A DNA stretch of 64,000 nucleotides, taken from the NCBI GenBank assembly GCA_963924565.1, contig OZ004607.1, positions 11,656,001-11,720,000 on the forward strand. The letters run 5' to 3'. Made by a program: the position numbers and the translations under genes. This DNA is from Ascidiella aspersa. Lineage: Eukaryota. Every line of letters starts with the position of its first letter. Position 1 is the stretch's first letter. This document shows, piece after piece, positions 26,401-40,847 of the stretch. Below the pieces are notes generated by a model. The model had not been told where the DNA came from. It did not search any database and worked only from the letters and a program-made list of their open reading frames with translations.

Positions 26401-27576
26401 TTTGGAGAACGTTTTACGGCAGGTAAGCTCCCGCGGTAAATCCCGGACCGCTTTTGCTGCCCGGGGACCGGGCGCCTGGGTTGTAAAACGTGCCAAGTTA
26501 TGACGTTGTCTGATCTCCGGAGAATGCCACTGGACCATCGGCCGAGTCTCGGCATTCCCGTCACGTTGCACGGCCTCGCGTGCCTCGATTTGAAACGTTT
26601 TGGATAACAAACGCCCACTTTATGGGAAGGATTAATTTGATTACAACTGATTTTAATGGGACTGGGCTTTAATGTGTTCAATGTAAATACACAATTTATT
26701 TGATTTCAGTGGGAATAAGGTGCCTGCTATTGTGAATGCATTTTTCGAAGTCAACAAGGATTTACACATTTTTAAAAACAACATGTTCCGCCCTTTAATC
26801 GCCTTTATTATACCATTACGACATCAATGCCATTATAAAATTTAAGCCGCGTGGAATTATTTTGTTTTTATCTTTAGCATCAAACAAACTTCGCTGATTG
26901 AATAATTAATTTTTTTGGCAAAAGTTAACAAGCTGAAGCGTTTTTTCAAGTTTAATGGTCGTTGTTTTGATCGGAAACCCGGTTTAAAAATTACTATAAA
27001 GTCTTGTGCGACACCTGGCGGATTTAGTAATCTTTTATTTTACTTAATTTACTTACTGTGCATCAGCCAATGGAAGGTTAATTTTGGAATTAATTTTGTA
27101 TTTTTCACAAATATGAAAGAATGGAAATTCGTTTGCGTCGTTTATGTTTTTCAACACAGTAGCAAAGTAAAAGTAACAGGGACACAACAGCTACACTATA
27201 CTACCCTGAACAATAAAAAAGATCGTAAAACTTTCTAAAGTGTTTGCGTACCTTTAGGGTAACTTTGCCGGCACACACCGTGAAGGGACTTAGAAGACGA
27301 GCAATGCAATATTTTACGGGCGGAATATAAGTCCAACATTTACAGACATGATGGTTCACTTAAAAGAAAACCTTGAAATATTCCAAACAAAGTGTTACCT
27401 AAATAGCAGGACTTATGGCACTAAGTAACGATTGACTATATACATGCACGCTACAAAACAGGCCCGAAAATCATTGAAAAAAGAACCTAAAGTAAAAATC
27501 CGACTGCTTGGTTGAAAAGTGATGTGCGAAATGCTACAGTTCAACAGCTCATCACCGTATAGCTATATAGGAAGTA

Positions 27577-30500
27577 TCAAAGGGCGGTGGCATTTTTGTA
27601 GGTGGTGTCTTCCTGCGGATGTTTTTCCTTTCGGAAGAGAGCCGTGATTTCCGCGATGCTCTTGCCCTTGGTTTCTGGCACCACGAAGAAGGTGAAGATC
27701 CAGAAGAATGCGAGAAGCACGGCGAAGATGACGAACGTGTAGCCTCCTATGGCGCCGTCAAGCGAAGGGTACCTTTTGAGTTACGAATTGGCGGTGGTTA
27801 ATATTGGGTTTGTGTCTGTAATCCAATTTTTAAAGGTAAATTGTACTTTTTACTAATTGGGAAACAATTAGCTAGCCTGCAATTTTTTGTCCAAAATTCA
27901 ACTTTATATTTAAAATTCTACAAAGATCAAACAAGTTTATTGTGGAAAAATAAGAGAAACAAATATATCTAACCTCAAAATTTTTGTAGTAGGCAAGTTG
28001 AGTATAATTTTCGTGGGTATAATACCAGAGTAATTCGCAAACTATCCCAAAATCACAGGCTAAAATTTATTTAGGTACAGCGCCTATACTTAACCCTCGT
28101 TTTACATCATGTATGCTCCACTATAAGGGGCTATTCTGATCAGCGTTAAGACTATTAAAATTATTTGCCCCCCAAGGCGACCAATCCACACAAAACGCAA
28201 ACGGCTTTTCTCGAAAGTCGACCTGGGCTTTGCAGAAGCGCGCGTCAAATGACAAGATGAGCTTGTAAAACCAAGGCATCCATCACAATTTCAGCATTCA
28301 AGCGCTCGCGTAAAGGCGCGACCACAAAACCACTACATGCTGTCCGACAGGCTCAACAAGCGTCGACTTACGAAAGAGCGACTGCGAAGTTGCCGAGCCA
28401 GTTGACCAGGCCGGCGATGCTGACCGCGGTCGGGCGCGAATTCTGGTCGAACAGCTCGGCCGTGATGAACCAGGGGATGGCGCCCGGGCCGGTCTGGAAG
28501 AAAGCCACGAACAGTAGGATCGGGATCACGGTGAGCCAGGCCAGCGCGTCAGGCTTGGAAACGTTAAGAAGCACCTGTCAATCAATGAAAAAATAATTAT
28601 AGCTCGGTTATACGAGGGACGGCTAATCCAAGCTCTAAAACTTTCTCGAAAGAACAGGAACATATTCAACCGTTCTGAACCATTTATTTAGATTCTAAAG
28701 CCATTTTATTCATAGAAATAAGGCCAAATACACAAATACATACGACCGAAAATCTTAGGAACAAGACCTAAACTTGTCGGTTAAGTCCTAAATTCAAGAA
28801 GAATGAACGATTGCGAGCCAGCGTTCTGGTATCGGTCGCTTTGTTGTCGACGTTTGGATGCCCTAGTTTGAACGGCGCCGTTGGGGCGCCACTGATTTCG
28901 GCACCGGAATGTTACCCCTGTTGAGGGCAGAGTTAGGTTAGGTATTTTCCCTATTTAGACCCGATTCTGATTATTAGGAATCAGTTTTATTTAGGTCTTA
29001 TTCCGACCTTATTGTTATTCTTAATTTGATCTTATTGTTGTGTAGGTCTACTATAAGATTAATTGAAATTCATCATTTTCTTCTTAAGAGAACTATACCC
29101 TATTCAAGAACCATAAGCGTAACCATTTCGGGTACCTGATAATAACAGAGCTTAATCCAAACTATTTTGATATAGCGCACGAGTTAAAAGTGTTATCTTC
29201 GAACACTACTAATAATAATCTTGCTGACGAATGTACAGAAGCTTTTAGATTCATTTATTTTTATCTTTAATAGCTGTTTGTGAAACACAAGTAAACCACA
29301 GGACAGAGACGGTTAAACGACTGTTCGAGTTACATGTGCATTTTTGCGATCGTTCATTGTAAAGTGTCAGTTTTACATTTCAAGTTGACATTCAGACGCT
29401 TGTCAGACTTGCACCAGGGGATTGTAAAAATTCTTTCGCCAATTAGCGGCAAAAGGCCTGCTGTCTGCCGCTAGCCTGCTATAAATTGGTCGGTGCTAAG
29501 CGGCAGTGTTTATCATAAAACAATTAGGTGTATAACTAACGTCGTTGAGGGCGCTATATTAAGCATTACTTTCAATAACTGTCATTACTCGAGAAAGAGT
29601 AAGGTGAGTATGTTCTACAGGTGCTTATATTTAGCACAAGGAATTAATTGCCCACTTACTCAAACGTTGGCAAGCGGCCATGCATTTCTAACACTATAAA
29701 TATGAAAAACTGTTTGCTTACTTGAAGAGGTGGCTAAAGTTTTAAATAGAAGCAGATAATAAAGTCAACAACACAGAACACCTCTTATACATTTAATTGT
29801 ACGGTTACCATGCTTTGTAAGCTTAAAACTCTGACGCTTTAAAGTTTAAACAGTAACCAGGTCGAGCAATTAAGTTCCGTTGAACGTCACGTCATAGCGT
29901 GACGTAACAAAACATGTAACTTTCCGACGCCTGTTGTTGTCTGCCAATTTCTCGAGTGATATTCAAGTAAAATATACTAAATGTATCCCATGGTTTGCGA
30001 CGAATTAAGGAGTCTTTATATGTGCGAGAAAATTCACTTTTAGGCCTATTTTTATTTTTTCAAAAACTGTTCATACAAAAGAGGTTGGGCGACCCAGATT
30101 TGGGTGGCGATTCATATATTGAGAAACATCACTGTAGACAAAGTAATTTTCTTGCAAATCGTATAAATTACAAATGAAAATCTGTAATAGATTTCACCAT
30201 AGGCGAAAAGTTCATTTAGCCGAAGTCACTATAGGTGTTTTCTAATGCGCTATCAATCAACCCACCACTGGGCTGGTATACGCTGTAGTGACCTAAAAAT
30301 TACATTCACATTTAATGCAATGTAAGGACTGCCCACGACGAAACGTATGGTAAGCCTTATATGCCTGTGTGCAGGAAAATATTTTCTAACTTGTATGAAG
30401 GCCACCTTGCGGTGCTTACTTTCAGAAACAAAGCTATGCACTAAGGACAGCTGCATACGCTAAACAATATAAAACGTACCACAAGTCCGCATGCGCAAAC

Positions 30501-33500
30501 GCACATTCCCGCCAAGCCAGTGAGATGGAGGATTTTGCGACCGGCTCGTTCAATAAGCGCCACACTGACCAGAGTCATCAGAACGTTAACCACTCCAACC
30601 ACTCCTACCGTCGCCAAACCCCTGCGAAATATTTGCTGGAATTGTATCATGATTGATTTTGGTTTGTTAGAAGACGCTATAGCAGGGTTTCTTAAACTTG
30701 TTTTACCGCAGACCCCTAAACAATTTTTTGCCTCGCGCGGACCACGGTAAATTGAAAAAATGACGTCATAAATTTACGTCACAATCACAACACAAATAGC
30801 CTTAAATATCTGTTAATTTTGGTCCAAAAATGTGAAAGTGAAATGGAGTCTTAATGCATTCAGTGCAAAACCGATTAATTTTTAATTAAACTGTTTTCTT
30901 TGATAAATTTATTATTCGTAAATATACATGAACCCCTTAAAACTAGTTCACGGACCCCCAAAGGGTCCATGGACCCCAGTTTAAAACCCCTGCGCTATAG
31001 GGTCGGTGTTCAAGTTTTGCAGCATAGTTTATTTCAAAATCCTTGATTGACACCTTTATCATCGCCATACTAATAAATACAAAGTCGATGTACCCTTTTC
31101 TTGTTTGGAAAATATACTGATTTTTCTTCCAAGCCTATATACTATAGCGTAGAGTCGAATGGTGATTATAGTTATGGATATAAACTGCCAAAAAATGGGG
31201 GTCATTTATATAAAAAAATAAATAGGGGTCATTTATATACCCTTTCACCGAAGTATGAGTAAATATATTTCCAGCGATATGTTTTGCACGTATTACATTA
31301 TGAAACTGTAGAATAAATATAAAGTGGATGCATAACAAGTATACAAAACAATTAAGAGTTTTTTTACATACGAGTATTCCTGCGGAATTCCCGCCGCTAC
31401 AAAGATGTCGGTCGAATAGTAAAACACGGCGTTGATGCCCGAGAGTTGCTGGGAGAGTTGCATGACGACAGCGATGAGAAGGGGGCGACGGAGATATGAT
31501 TTGGTAAAGTATTCCACGATTTCTGCGAATGCAACAATCCTGGGTAATTACGTTTTGGATAAAATGGACCAAGTATGTATGTTGCTTGCGACAGTATAAA
31601 ATGGTACACAAAACAAACACACGCGCGTACACGCGCGCGCACACACATACACACACGCACACACAAGCACACACATGCACACACACCAGTGTTACAAACA
31701 AGTCATTATAAAATGACTTAAGTTTGAAATGAGTCAAGCCTTTTCATAAAGTAGCAAGTCAAATCCAAGTCACCAGTTACCCAAGTCGAGTCCCAGTTCA
31801 GTCATTACTAAACAAAGTCATCAATAAGTCAAATTCTTGATATAACAATAGAACAAGAAACCAATTGGTAACTTCATGCGAGGCAATAATTCGACACAAA
31901 AATTACAAACAACAACATGTAGCAATCTTATCGTTTTATTTGCAAAACTTAAAATGTTAAATGGAAACTCTTAATTTTAACAATTCATTTAACTTAATGA
32001 TTTGAGTCCAAGTCAAGTCATTTCTATAAAAGACGTACGTACGTCTATTTGAAAACATTGGCTTAAGAGCACTTAAATAGAGTCAATAACTTAAGTCATT
32101 GCAACACTGACACCCACACACGTAAAAAAGTCTAACTTAAGTTACATAAATGTCATTTACTTGGTTTTTCTTCATTCTGGGAAGAGAAATGTTCTTGTTT
32201 GATGCCTTCCAGTTCTTTTTTTGCGTCGTAGCCCTCCCCGCGCAACCACTGTAGAGAAGCCAGTGCCTCGCTTTCTCGCTTCTGAGCGATCAAGAGGTAC
32301 CTGTGAACATATTGTCAAATGCTTTAATCTAAAGGTAAAAGCAAGGCTTTTAATTAAAATCGTTTTGTATTGTGAACTATTGTAAATTTGTTCATTAGCC
32401 ATTTTTGCGTAGTTACACAGTTACTTAAAAAGCACGAGAACAACTTCATTTAAAAAAATATTACTTGGCTATGCTAAAGGTTTAAGCAAAGTGGTCAACT
32501 TTTTAAATGAATGCAATATCACACTGTGTTCAAACCCGCAAAAAATGCTCGCGTAACGAATCTTTTAAATAAACGGAATCAAACGATTGTTGTTTAAGGT
32601 TGGATAACAAACATTTGCCCCACATTTCAAGGACGTTCTTTTACGTCATAAGTACCCGGTCGAGCAAATATATTTATCGGCCAATGGTTATATAAGCAAG
32701 TCATTGATTATTGACAGAATTAGTCAGTCTCAGTAGTGTCACTACACATAAATGCTTCCGAAAGTCCTTCCAAAATGTGCAATATCACCAGGTATGACAT
32801 TGCACATTCCAAATTGTCTTGAATAACAACTTGTGTAAACGGTCACAAGACACCCTGAACAATCTTAAACGGGACTTTTCTGAATACAGCAACACGTTTC
32901 CTTAAATAAAATATTTATATATGTGTGAGTATTTCAACCTAAACGCCGTCAGCTTCACAAATTGGTTTTATATGTCTGACGGAAAAAAACACTTGCCTAT
33001 TTTTAAAAGTTAAAAAACTCGTTTTGTTTGTTTTTGATAAGGTTGCTGAAGTGATGCCATTGCAATCAGTGACAATGTTGTTTTTAGTTGATTCTAGTAA
33101 GCTTGTCAATGTTTAACAACTGTAAACACAGTGGACGAGGAAATACCAAGTATTAGAAACCAAAAGAAAAAAGATTAAAGCTAACAGTCGAGATTATTGT
33201 TCGGAGACAAATATACAACAAAATACTTCGCCAACCTCTAACAGTAAAAAACCTTGGTGTTAGTGATTCAGTCGACACTCGATTACACTAGTCGAGCTTG
33301 TTTTTTTACCTGACAAACTCAACATGATGTATTCTAGAGAAGATTAAAGCATACATGGGGTTCTGCGATTCGCACCAAAGTAAAAGCTTATGTACTTTTA
33401 TGCGCCGACCATTGTTAGCCACCGGAGTTTACTCGATTATCTCATATGATAAAGCACTTTTTTGGTAATAGCCAATTTAACTAATCTGTGTTTAAGGCCG

Positions 33501-36500
33501 TCTTAACTTGTTATTCTGGTGGTGAATGTACTTTTCCAGGCGTGGCCAAACCGCGGCTCACCTGCCGCATGCGGCTCAACTAGTTTTATGCGACTCGTAC
33601 GTTTATTTTTTTTATTTTTTTAGGATAAACATCAGTGCCATTTTTTGTGTGCTTAAGATGTTTTCAATTTTAAAACATTCAAACAAAACTCGTTTTCTTT
33701 TAGTATGTCCTATCGTGTTTTGTAAAATATTAAAATAAGAACTCGTGCATCTTTCGTGTGTTTGCTAACTTTTAGAAGACGAAGGACTTTGCCTCTTTAA
33801 AAGTATTTATGCTGCATTTACGTTGTATATTTGACCACGAGCCTTATTTTATAGAGTCACGTTTTACTATGCCCCGTAAACAAAATAACGTGTTCCGCCA
33901 AACTCCCATTTATTTTAAAGAATCGAGTCAACAGATATTAGGCTAGGATATTTGACAGTGAAAATGAAAGGATTTATTTAAAAAAGTCCTTTAATGTGAT
34001 TAACGTATGCATTAGTTGAAGGCAGCAAAGTCCTTTCCTAGTGTGATTATTTGTCGAACCAGCTTTACGGTAAAGCGGTTGGTAGGTTGGTAACCGTTCT
34101 TTCGAAAGTTAAAGCCATGTGTTTTTCACATACCACCGATCCCAAATATTTACCTGGGACTTTCAGGGCAAAATGTGATAACAGAAAGCTGAAAAACTGC
34201 GAACACGCTGGTAAGGCTAAAGAGAACCGGCCAAAGGGTGCTTGTGCCTAAAAGCCACTGCAAGCCGAGAATCTGCAAAAAAATAAAAATATATAGGCCT
34301 AATATACCTTTCTAAAAGCAATCCAGTATCAACACAGTGCTGGATTCGCAGATCCAATTACAATTAAATATTAGGTAAAAGTACTGGAAAATGTTATACC
34401 ACGTGGTTGTATCAACACGAATGAAAGGACCTTGATGAATAGAAATGATTTTCATAAATGGCCTTTCTTGCCAAGTTTGCAAACTGTGTGGCCAGAGCGC
34501 TGCGCTGCGCTGCGCTGTGTATGTGCTCAAGCATTTTAAAGTTGATTTTAATATAGGACTTGGTACGGGACAACTAAAGCTCTGCGTGCATTGAGAACAG
34601 CGCAGTATGGGCTTAAATTAGGTGGAGATTTTAAACTTTATTAAAAATTTGCTCGCTTTAAAGAACCAATAAGTTGTGAAACCCCGATTAGTGCAATTAC
34701 GGCTAATCAAGAGCTTGCCAAACTGGGCTCGCACAACTATAGTTTTAGGTGTCGCCAATAGGGTTAAATCCACTGCTGGCAATTGCCTTTGGCTGAATGA
34801 TTTTTAGCACCCTATAAGCATGGTCGAATTGCGAGTGAGAGAGACTTTCTTACCTGGGAGATCAGAAGAGAAGTGACGATGCCCAACTGACCTAGGGTTC
34901 CAAACATGCCTCTGTACTTAACCGGCGCGATCTCGGTCAAGTACATCGGCGCTATTCCCATGTTGATGCCGTTGTTAAGCCCGATGAGGAATCGACCTAA
35001 AGAATACGAACAGCACGCTGTTTAAACATCGCTTTTAAGTTTGTCCCTTTTTATAATGCAGACCACAACAAAGAAATTGGACAAATGAAACCATTTCCTG
35101 AAAAATCGCTTTTTATATCTTGCGCAGAGCTTGTATAACGGCATTTTTTGGTGTATTTCTTTACTAGCATTGAGATGTATAATTTACTTTAGACTACACG
35201 GCTGCCGAATAAATTTTGCGCAGAAACTTTTTAAGTGCTGTTTTTCTACCATAATTGACCAAATGGAGATTACAATCTGTCAATTAAAAGTATAGTTAGC
35301 GTTTTCTTTAGGCAACTATAAATTTTCAAAGGCAACTACGTTTCAAGACAAATGTGGCTTCATTTGTATACGCAATAAAAGACGGCCCTTATCTAAATTC
35401 AAAATTTTCAATTGCAGAGTAAATATAACTTTTCGTTTGCTTTTTGTCGATTTAAAATGTCGTAATAAATTAAATAGACATGTGGATAAATTTTAGGCTG
35501 ACATTTGTTGCCTATCGTATAGTTAACTGAAAAGTAAATTTATCCAAAGTCTTTGTATATGACTTTTAAATTTAGTCAAGTGTCGACTTTTCATCAATTT
35601 TTGAGGGGGGAATTCTAAACATCAAAAAAAATGTTTATACTATTTATTCTTTGGTTTAGATTTTACCTTTGGTTGTACGCTCTTACACATGTTCACAAAC
35701 ACACATAAACGCGATCCAATTTTCAGTTTGTGTCTCATTTATATTTAAACGATAAGTGTGTATGCTATGTTGGAGTTCCAAACTCAGAAAGTTAAGAAGA
35801 GGGCATAAAATTCACTAATCACCTATTATCAGCATTTCGAACGAATTTGCCAGGTAGGGAAAACCGAGCATCATGGCGGCCACCAGGGCAAGGACGTTGT
35901 TGTACAACATCGAGCCTTTGAGTCCAAGTCGTTGGGCCGCAGGAGCTGAGCATAGTGAACCGACCATCCCACCGACGGCAAAAATGGCCACGGTGAAGCC
36001 CCAAAGCAGATCAATTGTCGACTGCGAAATCGGATGACCAAACCTTAACAATGTTTTTTAGAAGGTTTAGAGTTTTTTTTTTAACTTTTCATTATTTAGA
36101 TAAACTTTTTAACACAGCCAAAACTATGTGTGGCAAAGTTCACCCTAACGAAAACACGTCAGTAGTATCAAATTCTTAATTACGTAAGATTTTACGTAAA
36201 TTACGTAACCAAGATTTATATTGCGTTAACGTACAACTTGATTTGCAAATTTCGTGAATAAACAAACCAATAAAGCAAACAAGATCTACAAATTTTAACT
36301 GAATCAGCGCACGTTTTCTTTGTTGATTAAATTGATTAAATATGCAAGGCGTTTGCGTTAATGACTCGTTCAAGACAAGTTTTTAATCCAAAATACATAA
36401 GTCAAGTCATTTTGACCAAAAAACTTAGTTTATAGGCAATTCATTTAAGTCATTGACTTAAGTCATTATAACAGTACTAAACGTCAAAACTGTACCTTAA

Positions 36501-36653
36501 GATGAAAGTCGTGTTGTAGAACTCCTCAATAATGACCTGGGGTGCGTTAATAACACCGGTGTTGTAGCCAAACTGAAACGTTGATCCCAGGACAGCCATG
36601 GAAGTTGCCAACATAAGGTTCCTTGTTATTTTTCCCTGGCCGCTTTCCGCCAT
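27577..36653 (-). CDS. Facilitated glucose transporter, class I GLUT (SLC2A1/3/4-like), 490 aa
   Basis: complement(join(36496-36653,35823-36043,34854-34996,34154-34272,32161-32300,31372-31522,30480-30621,28372-28574,27577-27772)) = 1473 nt, phase-consistent. Motifs [64 protein letters not shown] and PETKG. Confidence 0.95.
28835..29060 (+). repeat. Dispersed repeat (GGCGCC/GGTTAGG family)
   Basis: Similar to 40395-40620 (ttgttgtcg..gggcgcc..ggttagg..gattc..cttattcc), which is nested in a hAT element. Confidence 0.5.
30683..30992. mobile_element. hAT-type MITE (310 bp) in a GLUT intron
   Basis: TIRs CAGGGTTTCTTAAACT and AGTTTAAAACCCCTG; perfect 8-bp TSD CGCTATAG at 30675-30682 and 30993-31000. 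Confidence 0.92.
31606..31686 (+). repeat. Imperfect (CA)n/(CG)n microsatellite
   Basis: Directly visible acacacac/cgcgcg run. Confidence 0.9.
31687..32109. mobile_element. hAT-like MITE (AAGTC-rich family)
   Basis: Termini CAGTGTT..AACACTG; TSD ACACACAC/ACACCCAC; related fragments at about 36375-36475 and 50056-50190. Confidence 0.75.
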
Positions 36654-39307
36654 GTTGATTTTTTTGTATTTATTAGGCGCTTAGGCAAATTTAAAGGAGA
36701 ATCTATTTAAAATTTAAAAACTGTTAATTGAATTTAAAACAATGTGCAGTTAAGAAAGAGATATGCGTTTTTAGCTAAAATATGTTGTTAATCATCCTGT
36801 TCATACCCCTGACAACTCTATAAATTGATTTTTACTTAACGTCAACATCATTTCTAGCTAATTTGCTTCAGGACTAAATTATAGTTTTAAGAGTCTACTT
36901 TAATCGACATTTGGACATTGATATTAACCGCTATGCTTTTTTCCCATTACTTGTTTCCCTATCTGTAATGTTTGCAATTGGTAAACATTGAAACTGCTGT
37001 TACTTTCTCGATATTTAAGTTGTCATTTTTTAGTATATGAATATCCCGTTTTAAACAGAAGTTCCTGTGTTTAGAAAGCATCAAGCATATTAGGTTGCGA
37101 CCTTTTAATAGAGTTAAACGTGTTACATTTCGTTATTTTTCCAACTGTTTAAAGAAAATTTCACTAACCGCTAACAGTTAAATTAATCAATTCTGTTTGT
37201 TTTCTACGCTGCACATGCGACCAGTCTTTACTGTACTCAAAGCAAAATCCAAGCTTAGGCTATTTACCTCTGTCTAATACCTGAATCCTTTAATAGCTAA
37301 CGAGTCCACCTATAGGCAAGTAGACAGCGTAGATATAGCGGTTATTTGCAATCCGGACAATCTCGCGCTTTTCTAAGGGCCGTTTCGCGTCTCGCAGTCG
37401 TCGTGATAAAAGCAAACACCGCGGAACGGCTTATAAAACATTCCATATGCAAACGTGCAAACAGTCGTCGTATGCTTAACGTCCGGCGAACACAACGCCA
37501 GTCTCGTAGCGGTTTTTAATTTGCCAACCATTACACAATGCGTTCGAGCAAATAACGCAAAGCGGGCAATCTGGTCATGACTGTGAGGAGAACAACTCAC
37601 TTGCTTCCGATCGGACCTGATAACGATAAGGCATCGTCGACTAGAAAAAAACACTACAGATACAAAGGTAAAGCATTTTTTAATTTTTTTAGTTCTGCAT
37701 ATTTGGTCTTTGTGTTATAAGTAGTGGCGTCTTTTGGTATCATTTTATATTGCTGTACTTTTTACCAAAAATATCGTGTATAGTTATGGGAATGAAACGT
37801 CAGATATGGGGATTTCATAGTGTAGGACCCATTGATTTCGTTTTGGAAATCTTTTCTTTGTAGGAAACGAATCACACTATAAATGACTACTATTTGTCCT
37901 GCTACGTTTAACTATACATGAAACTACAAACATTTGTTGCGCTTCGGGTGAACTTATTTCCTACCACTTTTAGGGGCCCCGCAGATACCCCTAAGTTACG
38001 ACGCTAACTTTGCCAAAATCAGGAAATTCCCTTTACACGAAACTTTTAAACGTAGTAAGAAAATCTAAGGCCATATCAAAGTAGGTAACATTTCGATTAT
38101 CTCTTGACAATGTTGAAAAAGAATTAACAGTTATTCGAAACGTTCAAAATGCTACCTATACTTTGGTATGTGCTCTGATATTCTTTTTACAACCTCCAAA
38201 CTTAATGCTACAAACGTTTTATTTTAGTTTTTTGTTAAACACGTGGAAACATTATGATATTTGTATTAAACAGGGCCTTTTACATCTCTTCAGCCAGCCC
38301 AAAGGCGCCGTGCAAAATTCGGCATGTTGCCCTGTCTGAAACTAAACCAGCTAGGAGTCACCAAACGTTTGTAATGAAGGACCAGATTACTATAAGGCCT
38401 GACCATCGCGGGCCGGATAACTGTAAAGGCGGGCCTGATACAATATTTTTAATCAATCTTAGTTATCGTTAATCGAAGGAAATACAAATAACTGTGCAAT
38501 AGATTTAGTTTGAATTGTATTCGACAACATTTCAATTGTAGGCTACATACTTTCTTTATTAATAAATAAAAGCCGCGGGTCAGGTTTTGCCAGCGGGCCG
38601 TAGTTTGGAGACCCCTGAACAAACAAGTGCAATCTGTGCCAAATTGAAACTCGATAAGCAAATTCTCGCGATAACGCTTAGCTTTAATTGCACATTTAGG
38701 CATGTTTGCTCGAAAACACCAATATTTTTACGATGATTTATTTTATGACATCACGTTATGACTTGACTTTCTTATGTCATTTCCTGATTTTTTACGCACT
38801 TTTCGCCAAACAAAGTTCCCAAATCCGACCTGGGGTAGATTTAGACTCTGCTGGACTTCAGTCTAGAACTGGAATTCAGTCTAGTGCATAAAAGCTCGAC
38901 TAGACTTGACGACGGTCATTCACATACAAAAACTGGAATCGACACAAAACATCAAGCTTATGATTTTTATTTTAATTTTAAGGAAAACACTAAATTCCCG
39001 CAGCACTGTATATTTTCAGGTCAAGCAAAACAGAAAAAAAAACGACTGTGGTGGTAATAGTTAGTCTCTGTTAATCTTTAACATTTTTGAAGTAAAATCT
39101 GAAAAGCGAGCCACATTATGATAAGAAATACTCCTACTGATGACCATCAGTTTAGACCAGTTTGATACTTTTTAAAATCGTTTGTTTGTTTTCATTATTT
39201 AAAATGTACATTTTGACAAACACCTTTGACTTAAATATCTTTAAAGCCCTGTATTATCACAAGTTACTTAAATATCTTAAAAGCCAATTTAAAGTTGCTT
39301 AAATATC

Positions 39308-39820
39308 TTAAAATCTTATCAATATTACAAATCTGTAGAAATCTTTATAATCTCTCATCTCCCTAACCTCTCTAAATTCCCTACCAAACTTTCGCAAACT
39401 CTCTAAATTAATATCTGTAAATCCCTGGCACAGAAAAGTAACACAAAACGATTCCAGCAGTATACCAACACTTGAAATTAAACCCGTAAGAGTGTATATA
39501 ATTCCAAGAAATTTTACCTTATTCCAACTCACAATATATGTTATTTTAGTATAGCAATTTCTCCTGCCAACAAAATATGAAGTGCATTGGGGACAATCAT
39601 ATGGATTAAACAAATGTTGACTTGGTAATCTATAACGTTTTGTATAACACTTGGCATGAACAGGAAACGCACAGTTCGTACAACACAGTGGTTGATTTAT
39701 GGCGGTTTCCTTTCGAATGTTGAACAGCAGGGAAAAGCAACAAACAATCTGCTTATCTTTCACCGTTGTAGACGGGTGCTTTGCCAAAGCCTTTTTGCGT
39801 GTTGAATTGAAACACCTCAT
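39308..39820 (-). pseudogene. Decayed ORF with a partial PHD-finger-like zinc motif (gene or TE remnant)
   Basis: CTNCAFPVHAKC..YDCPQC fits C-x2-C-x4-H-x2-C..C-x2-C; the first CxxC pair is degenerate. The paralog at about 43790-44090 has C->R and has lost the final CxxC. Confidence 0.45.
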
Positions 39821-39980
39821 TTTCAGGCCCAGGAAATTATGTTTGAAAAAAATAAGTTAAGCTTCTGCCAAACCTTACCAAGTTCGAGTGGAATTCCGCA
39901 TTTTTTCTCTCTGGGTTTTTCGGGTGATAAACTAATACATACAACAACCAACATAACAAATTTTTTTTGTCCCTATACTG

Positions 39981-40847
39981 CAGCGATTCTCAACCGGTGC
40001 GCCGCGGCGCACTGGTACGCTGTGGAAGGCTACCAGGTGCGCCGCGAGCCCCCCAAAAAAATTAATATGTTTAACATATATATATATATTTTACTTTCCC
40101 ATTAAGCTTAGCTCATTGATTTCACAGTAGGCCTACTTCCAAAACGTAACAAGACCTACAAAGTGGCAATATCTTAATTAGATAATCTATAATACCATAG
40201 TATTAAGACCACCGACATAATAACGCCAAATTCGCAGTAATCGACAGAATAAGATCTAAAATAGTCTAGATAAGGCCTAAACATGTCAAAATAAGTCCCA
40301 AATTAATCTAAATAAGACTTTAATAGACAAAATAACGCTAAGACTGTAGGGAAAGGGTATGGGATGTTTAGGGGCCACTTGTCTGACATTGGCCGTTTGT
40401 TGTCGCCATTTGGGCGCCGCTATTTTGGCCCCGGATTTTTCGCCCATGTTTTGGCTTCAATTGGGTTAGGGTTGAAATTATCAAGTTAATGATAGTTATG
40501 GGTGGGGTTTAGGGTTAGATAAAAGGTGGTATAGGCCTTATTTTTGCCATTTAGGTCGGATTCCGATTTCGTCATTATTACGACTATTAGGTATTAGTCC
40601 TATTTACGCCTTATTCCTAACTGTATTTTGTTCCGAAGTTGATGTAGTTCCAATTTTGGTCTCAAGGCTGAAGATCTTTTAAAGATTTGCAATTATAAAG
40701 CCTATATAATGAAAATTGACACCTATTTGAAACAAATACCGGTACACCTCAAAAATTTCGCGCTCGCTTCGCTCGCAAGGTGCGCCGCCAGGTTTTCATA
40801 TGTCTCCGCAAGGTGCGCTCCCAAGTAAAAAAGGTTGAGAAACACTG
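39981..40847. mobile_element. hAT (Charlie-like) non-autonomous element, 867 bp
   Basis: TIRs CAGCGATTCTCAACC and GGTTGAGAAACACTG; perfect 8-bp TSD CTATACTG; absent from the paralogous site at about 44190. Confidence 0.92.

Noticed and set aside
31135-31737. 200-aa ORF with Cys-Val repeats
   Set aside because: Translation of the CA/TG microsatellite plus the wrong frame of a GLUT exon.
38110-38148. Another possible hammerhead relic (TTGAAAAA..GAAACGTT)
   Set aside because: Two core mismatches and only a 2-bp stem I; cannot be told apart from chance.
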